NCBI GenBank assembly: GCA_963817895.1
Contig: CAWFQB010000006.1
Coordinates: 352,001 to 416,000, forward strand
Direction of reading: 5' to 3'
DNA: 64,000 bases
From: an uncultured Chthonomonadaceae bacterium
GTDB lineage: Bacteria > Armatimonadota > Chthonomonadetes > Chthonomonadales > Chthonomonadaceae
Shown here: piece by piece, positions 32,008 to 44,072 of the stretch
Position numbering within the stretch: the first letter of the stretch is position 1
Layout of the letters: the number at the start of each line of letters is the position of its first letter
The notes under the pieces: model-generated
The model's input: only the letters and a program-made list of their open reading frames with translations
What the model was told of the DNA's origin: nothing
Database searches by the model: none
Made by a program: the position numbers and the translations under genes

Positions 32008-32694
32008 CTACCGTTTTCCTCGCAGCAGCGCCACAATGTCAGGGCGATGTGCCGCCTGCGCGGCGGTGAGGGGCGTTTGTCCCACCGTGTCAAGATGAGT
32101 CGGGTCGGCTCCATGCGCCAGCAGAAGACGCAGAACAGGGATTTTGTTTCCACTGTATACCGCATAGTACAGAGGGGTATAGCCCTTTTTATCTTCAAGG
32201 GTAACGTTCGCGCCCTGTTCCACAAGCAGCCGCGTCAGCTCCTCATCATTGCGCAGAATGGCAAACATGAGCAGGGTATCGCCTTCAAAATCCTGCTGGT
32301 CAATGTTCGCGCCATGCGCCAGCATCGCGCAAATCAGGGGCGTATCTTCCAGCGGTTGGACGTTTGCGGTCCAACTGACCGGGGATGCGTAACATGCGGT
32401 TGCATCCGTCAGCAAAAACGCCGTGTAACTATACTCTTCAGGCGCAGGCGAATGGCGCAACAGTTGACCCATAAGCGATTTCAGGGTCGGGGCAGGCGTC
32501 GGGTTGTAGCGCGTGTCGGGGTCGGCGCCCGCATTGACGAGGCCAAGCGCCTGTCCGATGTCCTTGCGGTCAAGGGCGGCGATCAGTTGGCGGTTGACCG
32601 CGTACTGCCGCTGCGCCTTCCACACCCACGCCCCGCCCGCGCCGCCAACCGCAAGAACCAGTGTCGGCAGCAATAACCAACGTCTTCGTTTCAT
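32008..32694 (-). CDS. N-terminally membrane-anchored ankyrin repeat protein (ANK3, same family as ANK1/2)
   Basis: RQY..NRQLIAAL, LVNAGADP.TR, ends LLRGKR; same upstream GGTACAATA..GGAGGAACCG leader. Confidence 0.9.
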   Translation of the reverse strand: MKRRRWLLLPTLVLAVGGAGGAWVWKAQRQYAVNRQLIAALDRKDIGQALGLVNAGADPDTRYNPTPAPTLKSLMGQLLRHSPAPEEYSYTAFLLTDATACYASPVSWTANVQPLEDTPLICAMLAHGANIDQQDFEGDTLLMFAILRNDEELTRLLVEQGANVTLEDKKGYTPLYYAVYSGNKIPVLRLLLAHGADPTHLDTVGQTPLTAAQAAHRPDIVALLRGKR

Positions 32695-32744
32695 GGCAAC
32701 CGGTTCCTCCAGCGCTATTGTACCTGCAATCATATTCTGTTTCT

Positions 32745-33742
32745 CTACATATTGCTTTCCCGGTTTATCTCTTCCTTCAGCGCATCGCCTGCCTGCGTGT
32801 CGGGATGAATTTCCCAGTAGCGGTGCGGAAAGTTGAAGTAGGTCATCATTACAAAGTGGTGTGACGCTGCCGAATTGAAACGCTTCTCGCAGCCATTTCG
32901 CCCGCTGCGCATCGGACGCCTGACTGGAAATGCCCATTTCCGCAATCGCAAGCGGAATGCCTTTATGCCGCGAATGGGCCAGAACGTTCATCCACGTATG
33001 CGCCAGATCGGCAAAGGGAATCGGTTCCGCGCCGTTGCCTCCGTACGCGCTGCGGGGGCGGGAATACAGGTTCATGCTGAAAGCGTCAATACCGCCCGAG
33101 AGGGATACGGTTGAGCGCGTCCAGTACCTCGTCTTGACGATGAACGCCATTCGCCGCAAGCGGGCTGAAAATAAACAGGGCATTGGTCGCGCCCTCCTCA
33201 TCGAACACGCGGCGCAGCAGCATCCACGCGGCAGCAAGGTCGGCGGGCGTGTTGTGGTATTTCCGGTTTCCGAACTCCCACGGCGTATTCAGCGTAGCGT
33301 CGTTCATTTCAGAAAACGGGCGGATGAAAAACCATTTGTTCTGATCCCGATACCGCGCGATTTCGGAAGCCAGCAGGCGCGCGTTGCGATCCAGTGGACT
33401 GCCGGAACGCGACAGTTCGCGGGTGAAAGCGGGCAGGCTGAGGTGTTCGGTTTCCAGCGCGATCTGCGGGGTAAAATCACGATGCGCTTCCGCCTCAATG
33501 GATGCCTGAACGCGCAAATCGCGGATCAACGCGCCCGCGTCCATGCTGTCCATTTTGAAGTAGGAGAGGATGGCGGTTCGGCTGCCCGGATAATCTCGTA
33601 AGTAATCCGCGATGTGCAGCAGCTTGCCCATGCCGACTGCCATTCCCCGCAACTGCGAGGCGCGGGTAACAGGAGGCGCGGCGAAGGCAGGCGTTACAGC
33701 AATAAACGCGAACAGCAAGACAGAGTTGAGAGCGCGAAGCAT
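32745..33742 (-). CDS. Secreted GH26-like glycoside hydrolase; frameshifted
   Basis: Signal peptide; FIRPFSEMN (acid/base), AAAW..LRRVF..EGATNA.FIFSP, PLAIAEMG (nucleophile) across three frames. Confidence 0.7.
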
Positions 33743-33987
33743 ACGCTGAAGTTTCAATACAACCCCCGTAACAGAGAACACGATCACGCTCCGAATCTGC
33801 GCGGAATGCCAAAACGACTTTTCGGCAAAGAGACGGCGCGTACAGTCTGCCTGTTCCACAGGAAAATCCTGCGGTTTGGCTCGAAAAGCAGGAAATCGCC
33901 CCTCACCTGTACAATGCTCTCCTCGACACGGATTACTGTTGAATGGGCTTTTGAAAAGCCAATCTTTTTGATTGTGAGGCGCTTGCT

Positions 33988-34929
33988 ATGCTATTGTACC
34001 GCTCATGCAGGTTTGCTGTGGTTGGCGCTGTTTGTTGTCTGATCGCGTTGAGCGGTTGGCAACCAACAGCGGCGTATGCGGACGATTTCAGTCCTAATGC
34101 TTCCATGCTCAAAGAGGCGCGAGAGAGTAAAGGCAGCCCCTTGTATAAAGCCGCGCTGACAGGCAACGTAGCGAAAGTAAAAAGATTGATTGCTGCCAGG
34201 GCCAAAGTCAACGCAGGCGATGTCAGACACCGAACACCCTTACACGCCGCCGTATTAGGTGGCAATATTGAAGTGGTGAAATTGCTGCTAACGGCGGGGA
34301 GTAAAGTAAACGCTGTCAACGATACCCGTAACGGCGGCTGTCTAATTTTCGACGATGGCATGACCGGGACGCCCTTGCACTGGGCGGCGCAAACGGGAAA
34401 CGTGGCAATCGCCCGTTTATTGATTCAGCATGGCGCGAATGTCAACTCACCGGATGCGCGCTGGAAAGAAACGCCGCTTCATCTTGTGGGCTGGCAGGGC
34501 GGGGCGCGAATGGCGGAACTGCTGATCCAACACGGCGCGCGCTTAGATCCTGTAGGCGGTTTTACGGACGCGACGCCTTTGTATTGCGCCTGCGAATTCG
34601 ATAAAGTGGAAACAGCGGGCGTTCTGCTGGCGCATGGGGCGGACGTGAACGCCGCTGCCGAGTATGGAGATACGCCTCTGCATACGGCGGTTCGAACGGG
34701 AAATGTGGCGCTGGTCAAACTGCTGCTGACAAAGAGGGTGAATCTGAACGCCGAAAGCCACATCGGGACAATGAGGTTGATGCCTTCGGGCTTCAGCAAT
34801 GAAATCGGCGGAACGCCCCTGCACATCGCCAACCAGATGCAAAAGTGGGGAATCGTGAGTCTCCTGCAAGCGAAAGGCGCAACAGACACCGAGCGCGACG
34901 AACGCGGTTTCTCGCATCTACGTCCGTAA
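33988..34929 (+). CDS. Secreted ankyrin repeat protein (unrelated to the ANK1-3 family)
   Basis: Signal peptide; repeated TPLH.A / LL..GA.VN motifs. Confidence 0.93.
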   Translation: MLLYRSCRFAVVGAVCCLIALSGWQPTAAYADDFSPNASMLKEARESKGSPLYKAALTGNVAKVKRLIAARAKVNAGDVRHRTPLHAAVLGGNIEVVKLLLTAGSKVNAVNDTRNGGCLIFDDGMTGTPLHWAAQTGNVAIARLLIQHGANVNSPDARWKETPLHLVGWQGGARMAELLIQHGARLDPVGGFTDATPLYCACEFDKVETAGVLLAHGADVNAAAEYGDTPLHTAVRTGNVALVKLLLTKRVNLNAESHIGTMRLMPSGFSNEIGGTPLHIANQMQKWGIVSLLQAKGATDTERDERGFSHLRP

Positions 34930-34991
34930 AACACATGTCAATCTTTTTCAGGAAAATACAAAATTCCCAACGTCGCTAATCCCACTTCCGC

Positions 34992-35387
34992 TCAGGCCAC
35001 CGATTGCACCGACTGTCCATAGGCTTGCAGAGTTTCGCGTTGCTGTTGGCGCAGTCGGGCCGCCAGAAACAGGGCATCTACTTTGTATTGTCTCGGAATG
35101 GTTTGTTCTCTCCCCAACGCCTCGAACAGCTTCAAAGCATGACGCAGGCTGCCCGATTTCATATAGCATACCGCCGCGCTGAATCGGTGCAGTGCTGCCA
35201 AATCTTTTTCTTTGTTTCGGGCGTAATATCGGGCAATTCGCTCTTCCATCGGCGCGGCCTGCGCGTAGCGTTCCACCGCTTCATCCGGGCTGTCGGTCGC
35301 GACGAGCATTTGCGCTTCCAACAGCAAAGTTGATTTCTGCCCCTGCACTTCACGAATCATTTCTTCCGTGTCCGATGTTTTTCTCAT
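34992..35387 (-). CDS. Helical (TPR-like) hypothetical protein
   Basis: Ala-rich amphipathic helices; ATGA overlap with the upstream gene. Confidence 0.7.
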   Translation of the reverse strand: MRKTSDTEEMIREVQGQKSTLLLEAQMLVATDSPDEAVERYAQAAPMEERIARYYARNKEKDLAALHRFSAAVCYMKSGSLRHALKLFEALGREQTIPRQYKVDALFLAARLRQQQRETLQAYGQSVQSVA

Positions 35388-35956
35388 AGTTGTTTGTCTT
35401 CCTCATGTACATGGTACGAGAGAAGTATCTCACGGCGGGTGAACCCAACTACAGCGACATAGCCGCCCCATCGCATCGGGTTGTCAAGCAATTGCCGTGT
35501 TTTTTGCAAATGCCGGTCCCGCAATATCTGTTTGTCTTCCGTTTGGCTGCCACTGATCTCGATTCCGCAAAGAACGCCGTTTTCGGAAAGAATGTAATCG
35601 AAGCGGTCATTCCGATCTGCCACGTTCACCAAAGCCGCAGAAGTAAAAATCGGCAGCAAGGTAAATGCCAGCGCATAGGCCGCTGCTTCTGTAACATACT
35701 CTCGCTGTGCCGCCAACGGTGTCCGCGGTATTATGGCATCTGTCCATGTCCATTTGACTGCCACAAAACGCAATCCCTGACTGCCAATGTCCTGCAAAGT
35801 CACTCGGTAATTCAGCGTGTTTCCAATCCGCGCGGGATGCTCCATTAATCGCGCTATGACAAACGGCGCGTAGATTTCAGTATTCACCGGATGATATTGA
35901 AAACTTTCCTCAAGCGCAATCTCTATCACCGGAGAACTCTCTGCGGAATCACTCAT
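35384..35956 (-). CDS. Hypothetical protein, possible PD-(D/E)xK-like nuclease
   Basis: TEAAAY...RFDY.L......IEISG...K..QL pattern. Confidence 0.6.
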   Translation of the reverse strand: MSDSAESSPVIEIALEESFQYHPVNTEIYAPFVIARLMEHPARIGNTLNYRVTLQDIGSQGLRFVAVKWTWTDAIIPRTPLAAQREYVTEAAAYALAFTLLPIFTSAALVNVADRNDRFDYILSENGVLCGIEISGSQTEDKQILRDRHLQKTRQLLDNPMRWGGYVAVVGFTRREILLSYHVHEEDKQL

Positions 35957-36179
35957 GGCAACAAACCTTTTAAGGAAAGCAACTGGCCCAGCTTGCAACC
36001 GCTTCGCATAAGATTCACTTGGATTTCATGTCTTTTGGTTACGTCAGGCGAAAAAACATGCAATTTGATGCTATTCCGATGAAGTAAAGTTTTTCGGTAC
36101 TGCTCGGAAAGTTGATCCGCCAGTTATTCGATGGCTTCCAGTGTCGGTGTCATAAGTCCTGCTGTGTCGAAATCTCAGA

Positions 36180-36223
36180 AAATCGCAACTCCCCCTTCAT
36201 TTATGAAGGGGGAGTTGCGATTT
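36180..36223 (-). terminator. Intrinsic terminator after atpC
   Basis: aaatcgcaactcccccttcat-tt-atgaagggggagttgcgattt perfect hairpin, followed by T-run on the minus strand. Confidence 0.9.
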
Positions 36224-36231
36224 GAACTCTG

Positions 36232-36639
36232 CTAATGCGACATCTGCGCGATGCGGATGCGGTTGAGCGCGCTTTCCAAATCCTCGCGCAGTTTCTCGGC
36301 TTCCGCGCTGTTGCCCGGAACGTCCAATGCCTGCCTCATGCGCGCCACTTCCGCCTGTTCGCGGGCCAGATCAATCTCGCTCACCCGCTGCGCCGAATCC
36401 GCAAGGATAATCACCTTTTCGCGGCTCACCTGCATAAAACCGCCGCCCGTCGCGATTAACTCTTCGCTGCCATTGGCGAGCGTGATTTTAATCAATCCCA
36501 CCGTAAGCTGCGTGAGCAGGGGCGCGTGTCCCGCCAGTACGCCGAATGAGCCGTCAATACCCGGCGCGCGCACCGCCTGCACCTCTTCAGAAAACAACAG
36601 CCGCTCCGGCGTCACCAATTCGAGCGGAAAAGTAGCCAT
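36232..36639 (-). CDS. atpC: ATP synthase F1 epsilon subunit
   Basis: LELVTPER, PGIDGSFGVLAGHAPLLT, GGFMQV, ILADSA. Confidence 0.96.
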   Translation of the reverse strand: MATFPLELVTPERLLFSEEVQAVRAPGIDGSFGVLAGHAPLLTQLTVGLIKITLANGSEELIATGGGFMQVSREKVIILADSAQRVSEIDLAREQAEVARMRQALDVPGNSAEAEKLREDLESALNRIRIAQMSH

Positions 36640-36653
36640 GTTCATCTCCAAAA

Positions 36654-36763
36654 GGTGTCAGGTGTCAGGTATCAGGTTTCAGGAAAGACCTCTTACTTGC
36701 GAACTGTCGCCGCAAAGTAGAGGATGATGTTTCTGACACCTGACACCTGACACCTGACACCTG
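36654..36763. repeat. Inverted pair of heptamer tandem repeats (TCAGGTG)n/(CACCTGA)n
   Basis: Occupies the atpD-atpC spacer. Confidence 0.85.
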
Positions 36764-36764
36764 C

Positions 36765-38192
<1,428 letters not shown>

Positions 38193-38381
38193 TTATGCGC
38201 CAACACCCCGCGTATTCGCCCTTCCGACATTGCGCAAATCTTCACAAACTGCGCTGTTGTCCTTCGGAAGGCGAACGGCAAGGGGAAATCATACACTATT
38301 TTAGCAGGTTTCGTATGCCAAATGCAAGGGGATTCGAGGCGCGTCGTCTAAATACTGCTGCTTGCCGCAAGCGCGGCTATG

Positions 38382-39557
38382 TCAGGGTTGTGGACACTCC
38401 CGGTCAATGACCGTGAATATCTGCTGCATTTGCCGCTCGACGTTGTAGAATTTTTCGCAGGAAGCGCGGGCCGCCAGTCCCAACTTGCGGCGCAGCGTGG
38501 TATCGGTAATCAGGGTTTCCAGTCGCGCCTGCAAATCGTCGCCATCCCCTGATTTTGCCAGCAGCCCCGTTTCGCCATCCTGAATCAGTTCGGGAATGCC
38601 GCCCACCGCGCCCACAAGCACGGGCAGGCCGCTCGCCATCGCTTCCAGCGAGGCGATACTGCTGCCGTCCGCCTGCGTGGGCAGGCAAAATATGTCCGCC
38701 TGCCCGTACAGGCTCATCAATTCGGGCGTGTTCGCCCGGACACCGCAATGGATACGAACATTGGGCAGGCGCGGGGCGAGACTCGCGCAGACGGTCGCAT
38801 CGGGCGCGGGATTTTGCAGCCGCTCTTTGACCCACTCCGGCAAATCGCCCGGCCAGGTTACAATATCGAGTTCCCAGTTGGTCAATTTGGTGCGCTCGGC
38901 CCATTCGAGCAACAGCAGCCCGCCTTTGCGCAGGAATTCGCCCCCGACCATTAAAATTCGCGCCGGGGCGTTGGTGGAACGGGCGGCTCTGTCCACAAAC
39001 GGCCAGCGGTTCAGATTGGCTCCGGGCAGGGTGACGTGAACCCGCTCCCGTTTCAAATGATAATCGGCGCACAGCCCCTGCGCGGCCCATTCCGACATGG
39101 CGAAAACGCCCCTGCCGGATTGATACAATCGGGCTTTGAGCCGTGTTTGCAGACCGGTATAAACAGGATTTTTAAGCTGATGGTTGTACCAGGGCGCGAG
39201 GGCGAGTTTCAGGGATGGGGAAAAGTCCAGATAGAAATAGCAGGGGTGTTGCCGTGTCATGGGCAGAAAGTTCAGTTGTTCGCCCGCGATAAACAGCGCC
39301 TGCCAGTCCTCACATCGCGCCACGCCCTGCTGCGCGTGCCACAGCGTGTGGCGACCGTAACGCAGGTTGTGCGGCAGCCACTGAAGGTTGGCAAGCGCGT
39401 CGGTGGAATCGCGGCCATACAGCGCGATCCACTCCGCCCGGTCCGCATACGCGGGCGGCAAGCACTCCTGAAAGTTGGTGAATTGCGCGGCGTGTCCATG
39501 CCCCATCAGAAACATAAAGCCAATCTTCGGTTGGGTCGTGCCGGTCATCAAAGCCAT
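38382..39557 (-). CDS. Glycosyltransferase family 4 (start uncertain)
   Basis: ADIFCLPT..DG..IASLEAMASGLPV...VGGIPELI.DGETG. Confidence 0.9.
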   Translation of the reverse strand: MALMTGTTQPKIGFMFLMGHGHAAQFTNFQECLPPAYADRAEWIALYGRDSTDALANLQWLPHNLRYGRHTLWHAQQGVARCEDWQALFIAGEQLNFLPMTRQHPCYFYLDFSPSLKLALAPWYNHQLKNPVYTGLQTRLKARLYQSGRGVFAMSEWAAQGLCADYHLKRERVHVTLPGANLNRWPFVDRAARSTNAPARILMVGGEFLRKGGLLLLEWAERTKLTNWELDIVTWPGDLPEWVKERLQNPAPDATVCASLAPRLPNVRIHCGVRANTPELMSLYGQADIFCLPTQADGSSIASLEAMASGLPVLVGAVGGIPELIQDGETGLLAKSGDGDDLQARLETLITDTTLRRKLGLAARASCEKFYNVERQMQQIFTVIDRECPQP

Positions 39558-39716
39558 ATCTGGTTCATACCCCGTGCCGAAACAGGCCGCATCGCAACTG
39601 TCGAACGTCACCATTTCCATAGTCGAATGATATTAGAGGGAATTACCCATTGTTTGTTACGCGCAGAAGGGGCGCGGCGTTCGGCAATATCGGTGATTGC
39701 GCCTCACCCCAACCCC

Positions 39717-40937
39717 TTAAAAGCGGCGCGGCCCCAATGATTTCCGTCGCGCAATAGCGCGCGCGTAACCCGCTTCCTGAAGCTCGGCAACCCGTTCTAC
39801 GTTGTACATATCGAGTACGCGCTGTCTCGCCATCTGCCCCAACGAAATACGCAGCGCGGGGTTTTGCAGCAATTCCACAACGGCAGACGCGATTTCCGTG
39901 GGACATTTGGGCGCGGTCAGGCGTCCGGCTTTGCCGCCGTCCAGCATTTCCGCCATGCCGCCTGCGCTGCTGCCCACCACGCCGCGCGCCGCCGACATAG
40001 ATTCGAGGCACACCAGCGGGAAATTCTCCCACAGACTGGGGAACACGCAAATGTCGGTTTCGGCAAGCATCTGCGGAATACTGTCCAGCGGCACTTTGCC
40101 CGCGAATTCACAACTGGCTGCGGCAGTAGACAATTCGCGTTTCAGGTACTGCTCCATATTCAGGGCGGGATCGGGCGACGCCTGCGCTTCGCCCACAAAG
40201 CGGAACTTCGCGTGGGGACACTGTTTGAGTACCAGTGGAATGGCGCGTCCCAGATCCACAACGCCCTTGCGCACTTCCAACCGGCCCATAAACGTGACCC
40301 GGTTGGTAACGGTGTCGCCGGGAATAGCGAGCATGGCCGGGGCGGGCGTGTAGGGGTAGGGGATGGCGACCACGCGGGAACGGTCCAGTTTCCATTCGCG
40401 GGTCATCATGTCCGCCAGCGATTGCGAAGGCGAAACCACTTCATCGGCTTGCAGGGCATGGACATGTTCCCAATCCCGCATCGGCATGTTGGGGAAAACG
40501 GACTGCGCGCGCCGACGCGCCACCCCAAGCAGCGTTCGGCTCTGACTCAACCAGCCCTGTTCCATGCGCCCCAACGCCCCGCACAGATAAAACGGCGTGT
40601 GCAGCTTGACGACAAGCGGAATATCCGGCACAAGGCGAACCGCTTCCAGCGCGTCGGCGCGAAATTCCGGGCCTTCCAGAACGTCGAAGCGTATCTGCGC
40701 GTGTCTTTGCGCGAACGCGGTTCCCGCATTGCGGGTAAAAAGCCCCTCCTGCATCGGGATACGGTGTACCACAATGCCGTCTTCGCAATGCGTTTTTTTC
40801 TCGCCGTTCGTGCCGGCAAATACCTCGACCAGATGCCCGCGTCCTGCCAGCATCCGCGCCGCCTGCCGCACATACGTGGCGATGCCGCCATACGCGGTTT
40901 CCGGCGGATATTCCAAACTGATCAACGCGATATTCAT
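39717..40937 (-). CDS. Glycosyltransferase family 4
   Basis: EYPP...GGIATY, GRLEVRKG, PSLWENFPLVCLESM. Confidence 0.93.
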   Translation of the reverse strand: MNIALISLEYPPETAYGGIATYVRQAARMLAGRGHLVEVFAGTNGEKKTHCEDGIVVHRIPMQEGLFTRNAGTAFAQRHAQIRFDVLEGPEFRADALEAVRLVPDIPLVVKLHTPFYLCGALGRMEQGWLSQSRTLLGVARRRAQSVFPNMPMRDWEHVHALQADEVVSPSQSLADMMTREWKLDRSRVVAIPYPYTPAPAMLAIPGDTVTNRVTFMGRLEVRKGVVDLGRAIPLVLKQCPHAKFRFVGEAQASPDPALNMEQYLKRELSTAAASCEFAGKVPLDSIPQMLAETDICVFPSLWENFPLVCLESMSAARGVVGSSAGGMAEMLDGGKAGRLTAPKCPTEIASAVVELLQNPALRISLGQMARQRVLDMYNVERVAELQEAGYARAIARRKSLGPRRF

Positions 40938-41104
40938 AAGACGACTTTCAGGCAATCAGGATATGTCGGTTACTAAGAGCCTCTCCCAATAGGCGATTGC
41001 ATTTGCGTCCGAAGGACGCTTGGCCGCAGGCCACTCAGACGGGTACGTTCTCTGTACCCGGCCTATTGGGAGAGGCTCTAAGCAAGGACTTACGCCGTAG
41101 CGCG

Positions 41105-42037
41105 CTAAACACGCGAAAAGTAGCGCAAATGGAGTGCGCGAAAATAGTGAATCAGGGCGTGTTTGACGTGTTGCAGGGTCAGCGGCAGATTTTTCTGGGA
41201 CGCGGCATCCCGCGCCCACCGGCGTCGCCCGCTGTATAAACCCTGTTCATGGTTCCACCCGCCGGATCGCGCCATTCGCCTGCGCTCGGTGTCCAATTGC
41301 GGCGATTCCATCAATTTGCGATAAAAGGCGCGCTCGCCCCGTTTCATCTTGCCGGATTGTTTGGAAGCGTTGTTCCCGTGCATCCGGTAGCGGAGCGTGA
41401 CGCGGGGAACGGTCAGAATGGGGCCATGCAATGTGAGACGCGCCCATATATCCCAATCGTCGGCAGGGGCAACGGCCTGATCCCACGGACCAATCTGCTC
41501 CAAACATTCGCGCCGTATCAGCACCATGCCGGGGGAGATGATCGGATTCTGGCAAACGATCACATCATACGTAATCGTCTCATTCGCCGCGCAGTGTTCG
41601 ATTTTTCCGGCCCGCGTTCGCTCCATTTGCCACGCGGTGGGCGCGTCGTTAAGAAACGCGCCGTCAGCGTCTATGTTGCGGCAAAATCCGGCTGCCGCCG
41701 TCGCGCCCGGATGTTTTTTAAGCGCGTCACACAGAATTTCCAGCGCGTCCGGTTCCCAGGTGTCGTCGTTGTCCAGAAAGATGATGTATTCCGCTTCAGG
41801 GTCGCTTTCCTGCCAACCCCGGTTGCGGGCGGCGGCCACGCCGCCGTTCGGCTGCGTGACCGCGCGGATACGCCGGTCCTGTTCCGCAAACCGGCGCATG
41901 ATTTGCGGCGTGTCGTCGGTGGAACCATCATCCACAATCACGAGTTCCCATTCGGAAACCGATTGCGCGAGGACGCTTTCCACGGTTTGCGCGAGAAACC
42001 GTTCCGAGTTGTAAGCGGGTATAACGATGGAAATCAT
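41105..42037 (-). CDS. Glycosyltransferase family 2
   Basis: ISIVIPAYN, VDDGSTD, NGGVAAARNRG, FLDNDD. Confidence 0.95.
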   Translation of the reverse strand: MISIVIPAYNSERFLAQTVESVLAQSVSEWELVIVDDGSTDDTPQIMRRFAEQDRRIRAVTQPNGGVAAARNRGWQESDPEAEYIIFLDNDDTWEPDALEILCDALKKHPGATAAAGFCRNIDADGAFLNDAPTAWQMERTRAGKIEHCAANETITYDVIVCQNPIISPGMVLIRRECLEQIGPWDQAVAPADDWDIWARLTLHGPILTVPRVTLRYRMHGNNASKQSGKMKRGERAFYRKLMESPQLDTERRRMARSGGWNHEQGLYSGRRRWARDAASQKNLPLTLQHVKHALIHYFRALHLRYFSRV

Positions 42038-42045
42038 GTGTTGTT

Positions 42046-42966
42046 CTATGCGCCACTTCGCCGCTGAAGCAGTCCCTGTTTGTCCACGCAGAACTCGCGG
42101 ACACACTCCTGATACGCCTTATCGAAGGCAAGTACCCGCCGCGCCGCAATCGGATAGCGATGCGGACGGCTAAGATTGCGCTGAATTTTGCCCTCGCCAA
42201 GCGTGATGCTGCGCCATTCCGCGCCGCGCGGATCGCCAAGCAGCGTCAGTTTCGCGGCCATCGCGCCATTGCCCCGCGCATAATTTGTAGAGTTCTTCAT
42301 TAAATTGCGCAACCCCAGGCGCGTGCCATAAGTATGATTCACGATGCTGCGATTTGTGGACAGCATCCGCAAATGCGCGCGCTCCATGCGAAAACCAAAA
42401 TCAACATCATCGGCAACGGGAAAATGCGCGCCCGGTCCCAGAAACGTATCGAACGGCCCCACCTGTTCATACGTTTCACGACGCAGGGCGAAATTGCCTC
42501 CCACCCATCCCCAGCCTTTGGGCGGTTTTGCAAAGGTCTGGGCGGGATCATACACCACCTCATCGGGCAGCACCTGCGGACAACTCCCAATCTGCCACGC
42601 AGGACGCGGGGGAGCCACGAGCGCGCCGCCCACCAGTCCAACATCGGAATACGTTTCAAAACACTCCAAAACCACGCTGATCCAGTCCTCCTGCGCCTCG
42701 CAATCGTCGTCCGTAAACAGCGCAATCGGGTATTTGGCCGCCGCCATACCCGCGTTACGGGCCAGACTCAGGCCACTTTCCCGCAAATGCAAAAATCGTA
42801 TGCGCGTATCGGGATGCCCTCTGTCCACAAAGGCTTTCAGTTCAGGATTGCTGCCCTGCGCGACCACGATCATCTCCCAGTCGGTGTAGGTCTGCCTGCA
42901 AATCGAAGCAAGGGTGTCGCTCAGATGCGTGGCCCTAACGGTTGGAATAATAACGGAAACAGGCAT
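42046..42966 (-). CDS. Glycosyltransferase family 2
   Basis: VSVIIPT, GLSLARNAG, FTDDDC. Confidence 0.92.
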   Translation of the reverse strand: MPVSVIIPTVRATHLSDTLASICRQTYTDWEMIVVAQGSNPELKAFVDRGHPDTRIRFLHLRESGLSLARNAGMAAAKYPIALFTDDDCEAQEDWISVVLECFETYSDVGLVGGALVAPPRPAWQIGSCPQVLPDEVVYDPAQTFAKPPKGWGWVGGNFALRRETYEQVGPFDTFLGPGAHFPVADDVDFGFRMERAHLRMLSTNRSIVNHTYGTRLGLRNLMKNSTNYARGNGAMAAKLTLLGDPRGAEWRSITLGEGKIQRNLSRPHRYPIAARRVLAFDKAYQECVREFCVDKQGLLQRRSGA

Positions 42967-42990
42967 GTTGGTTCTCAATCCTCAATTTCT

Positions 42991-43911
42991 TCAGTCGCAG
43001 GGCTGCAGCAGGCCGTGTTCGTTGACCCGGAAATGGGTGACGCACTCGCGGTACGCTTCCCGAAAGCGCCTCATGCGATGGATGGCGAAAGGCAGGCGGT
43101 GCGGGCGCAGGGTTTGCAGCGATTCGAGCCACCATTGCCCCGCCGTTTGCCGCAGCCATTGTTCGCCGCGCGGGTCGCCCATCAGCGTTAGTTTGCCGGC
43201 AACCGCCCCATTGCCCCGCGCATACGCCCGCGACATTTGCATCACCGCCTTCATGCCATAGCGGACGCCATACGTGTGCGTGACAACCGAACGGGAGGTC
43301 ACGGCCATTTTTATCTTCGCGCTTTCCAGTCGCAGCCGCCAGTCGGTATCCTCGCCCGCGCTGAAATGGCTGCCTGTGCCGAGATACGGATCGAAATCGC
43401 CAATTCTTTGCGCCAGTTCGCGCCTTACGGCCACATTTGCCGTGATAAAGTCCCACCCTTTTGGCGGATGGTGCAGACTCAGGGCCGGGTCGTACACGCT
43501 GTCGCCGGGTTCCAGCAGGGGACACATGTGGATACGGCGCTGCGTGGCAGGCGGCATACGCACCGCGCCGCCCACAACGCCGATTTCCGGCTGTTCCGCG
43601 AACATCTCCGCGATCACCTCCAGCCAGTCCTCCTGCGCCTCACAATCATCATCCATCATGGCGATAATGTCGCCGTCCGCGCCCGTCACGCCTGCCGTGC
43701 GGGCGTGACTGACGCCGTATTGAGGCATACGAAGGACGCGGATGCGCGGGTCGTTGTGGCCGGCCTGCGCAACCGTCGCTTCGAGCGTGGGATATGGGCC
43801 TTGCGCCACAATGGTCAATACCCAGTCCGGCCATGTCTGCCGTAAAACGGAGCGAATGGCAAAGGGCAGGGTATCCGGGCGAATACTTGGCACGAAGACG
43901 GAAATTCTCAT
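42991..43911 (-). CDS. Glycosyltransferase family 2 (tandem paralog of 42046-42966)
   Basis: DDDCEAQEDW and YARGNGA.A.KLTL.GDPRG shared with the neighbour. Confidence 0.92.
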   Translation of the reverse strand: MRISVFVPSIRPDTLPFAIRSVLRQTWPDWVLTIVAQGPYPTLEATVAQAGHNDPRIRVLRMPQYGVSHARTAGVTGADGDIIAMMDDDCEAQEDWLEVIAEMFAEQPEIGVVGGAVRMPPATQRRIHMCPLLEPGDSVYDPALSLHHPPKGWDFITANVAVRRELAQRIGDFDPYLGTGSHFSAGEDTDWRLRLESAKIKMAVTSRSVVTHTYGVRYGMKAVMQMSRAYARGNGAVAGKLTLMGDPRGEQWLRQTAGQWWLESLQTLRPHRLPFAIHRMRRFREAYRECVTHFRVNEHGLLQPCD

Positions 43912-44072
43912 CGTGCTTACATTATACGCAAATTCGGCGTTAATTTGCAGGTTAGACGAAACAAAACCGCTATGTTCTTCTGTTGCGCAGAGGCCATAGC
44001 GGTTTTGCAGCCGCAACCCGGCTGAGTCATCGCCGGTTGGTAGCATATTCCTCGCTACCAACCAGCAACTCC

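Noticed and set aside
32008..33237. 409-aa GH26-ankyrin fusion
   Set aside because: Arises from frameshifts in the GH26-like gene; ANK3 has its own leader and N-terminal TM helix at 32694
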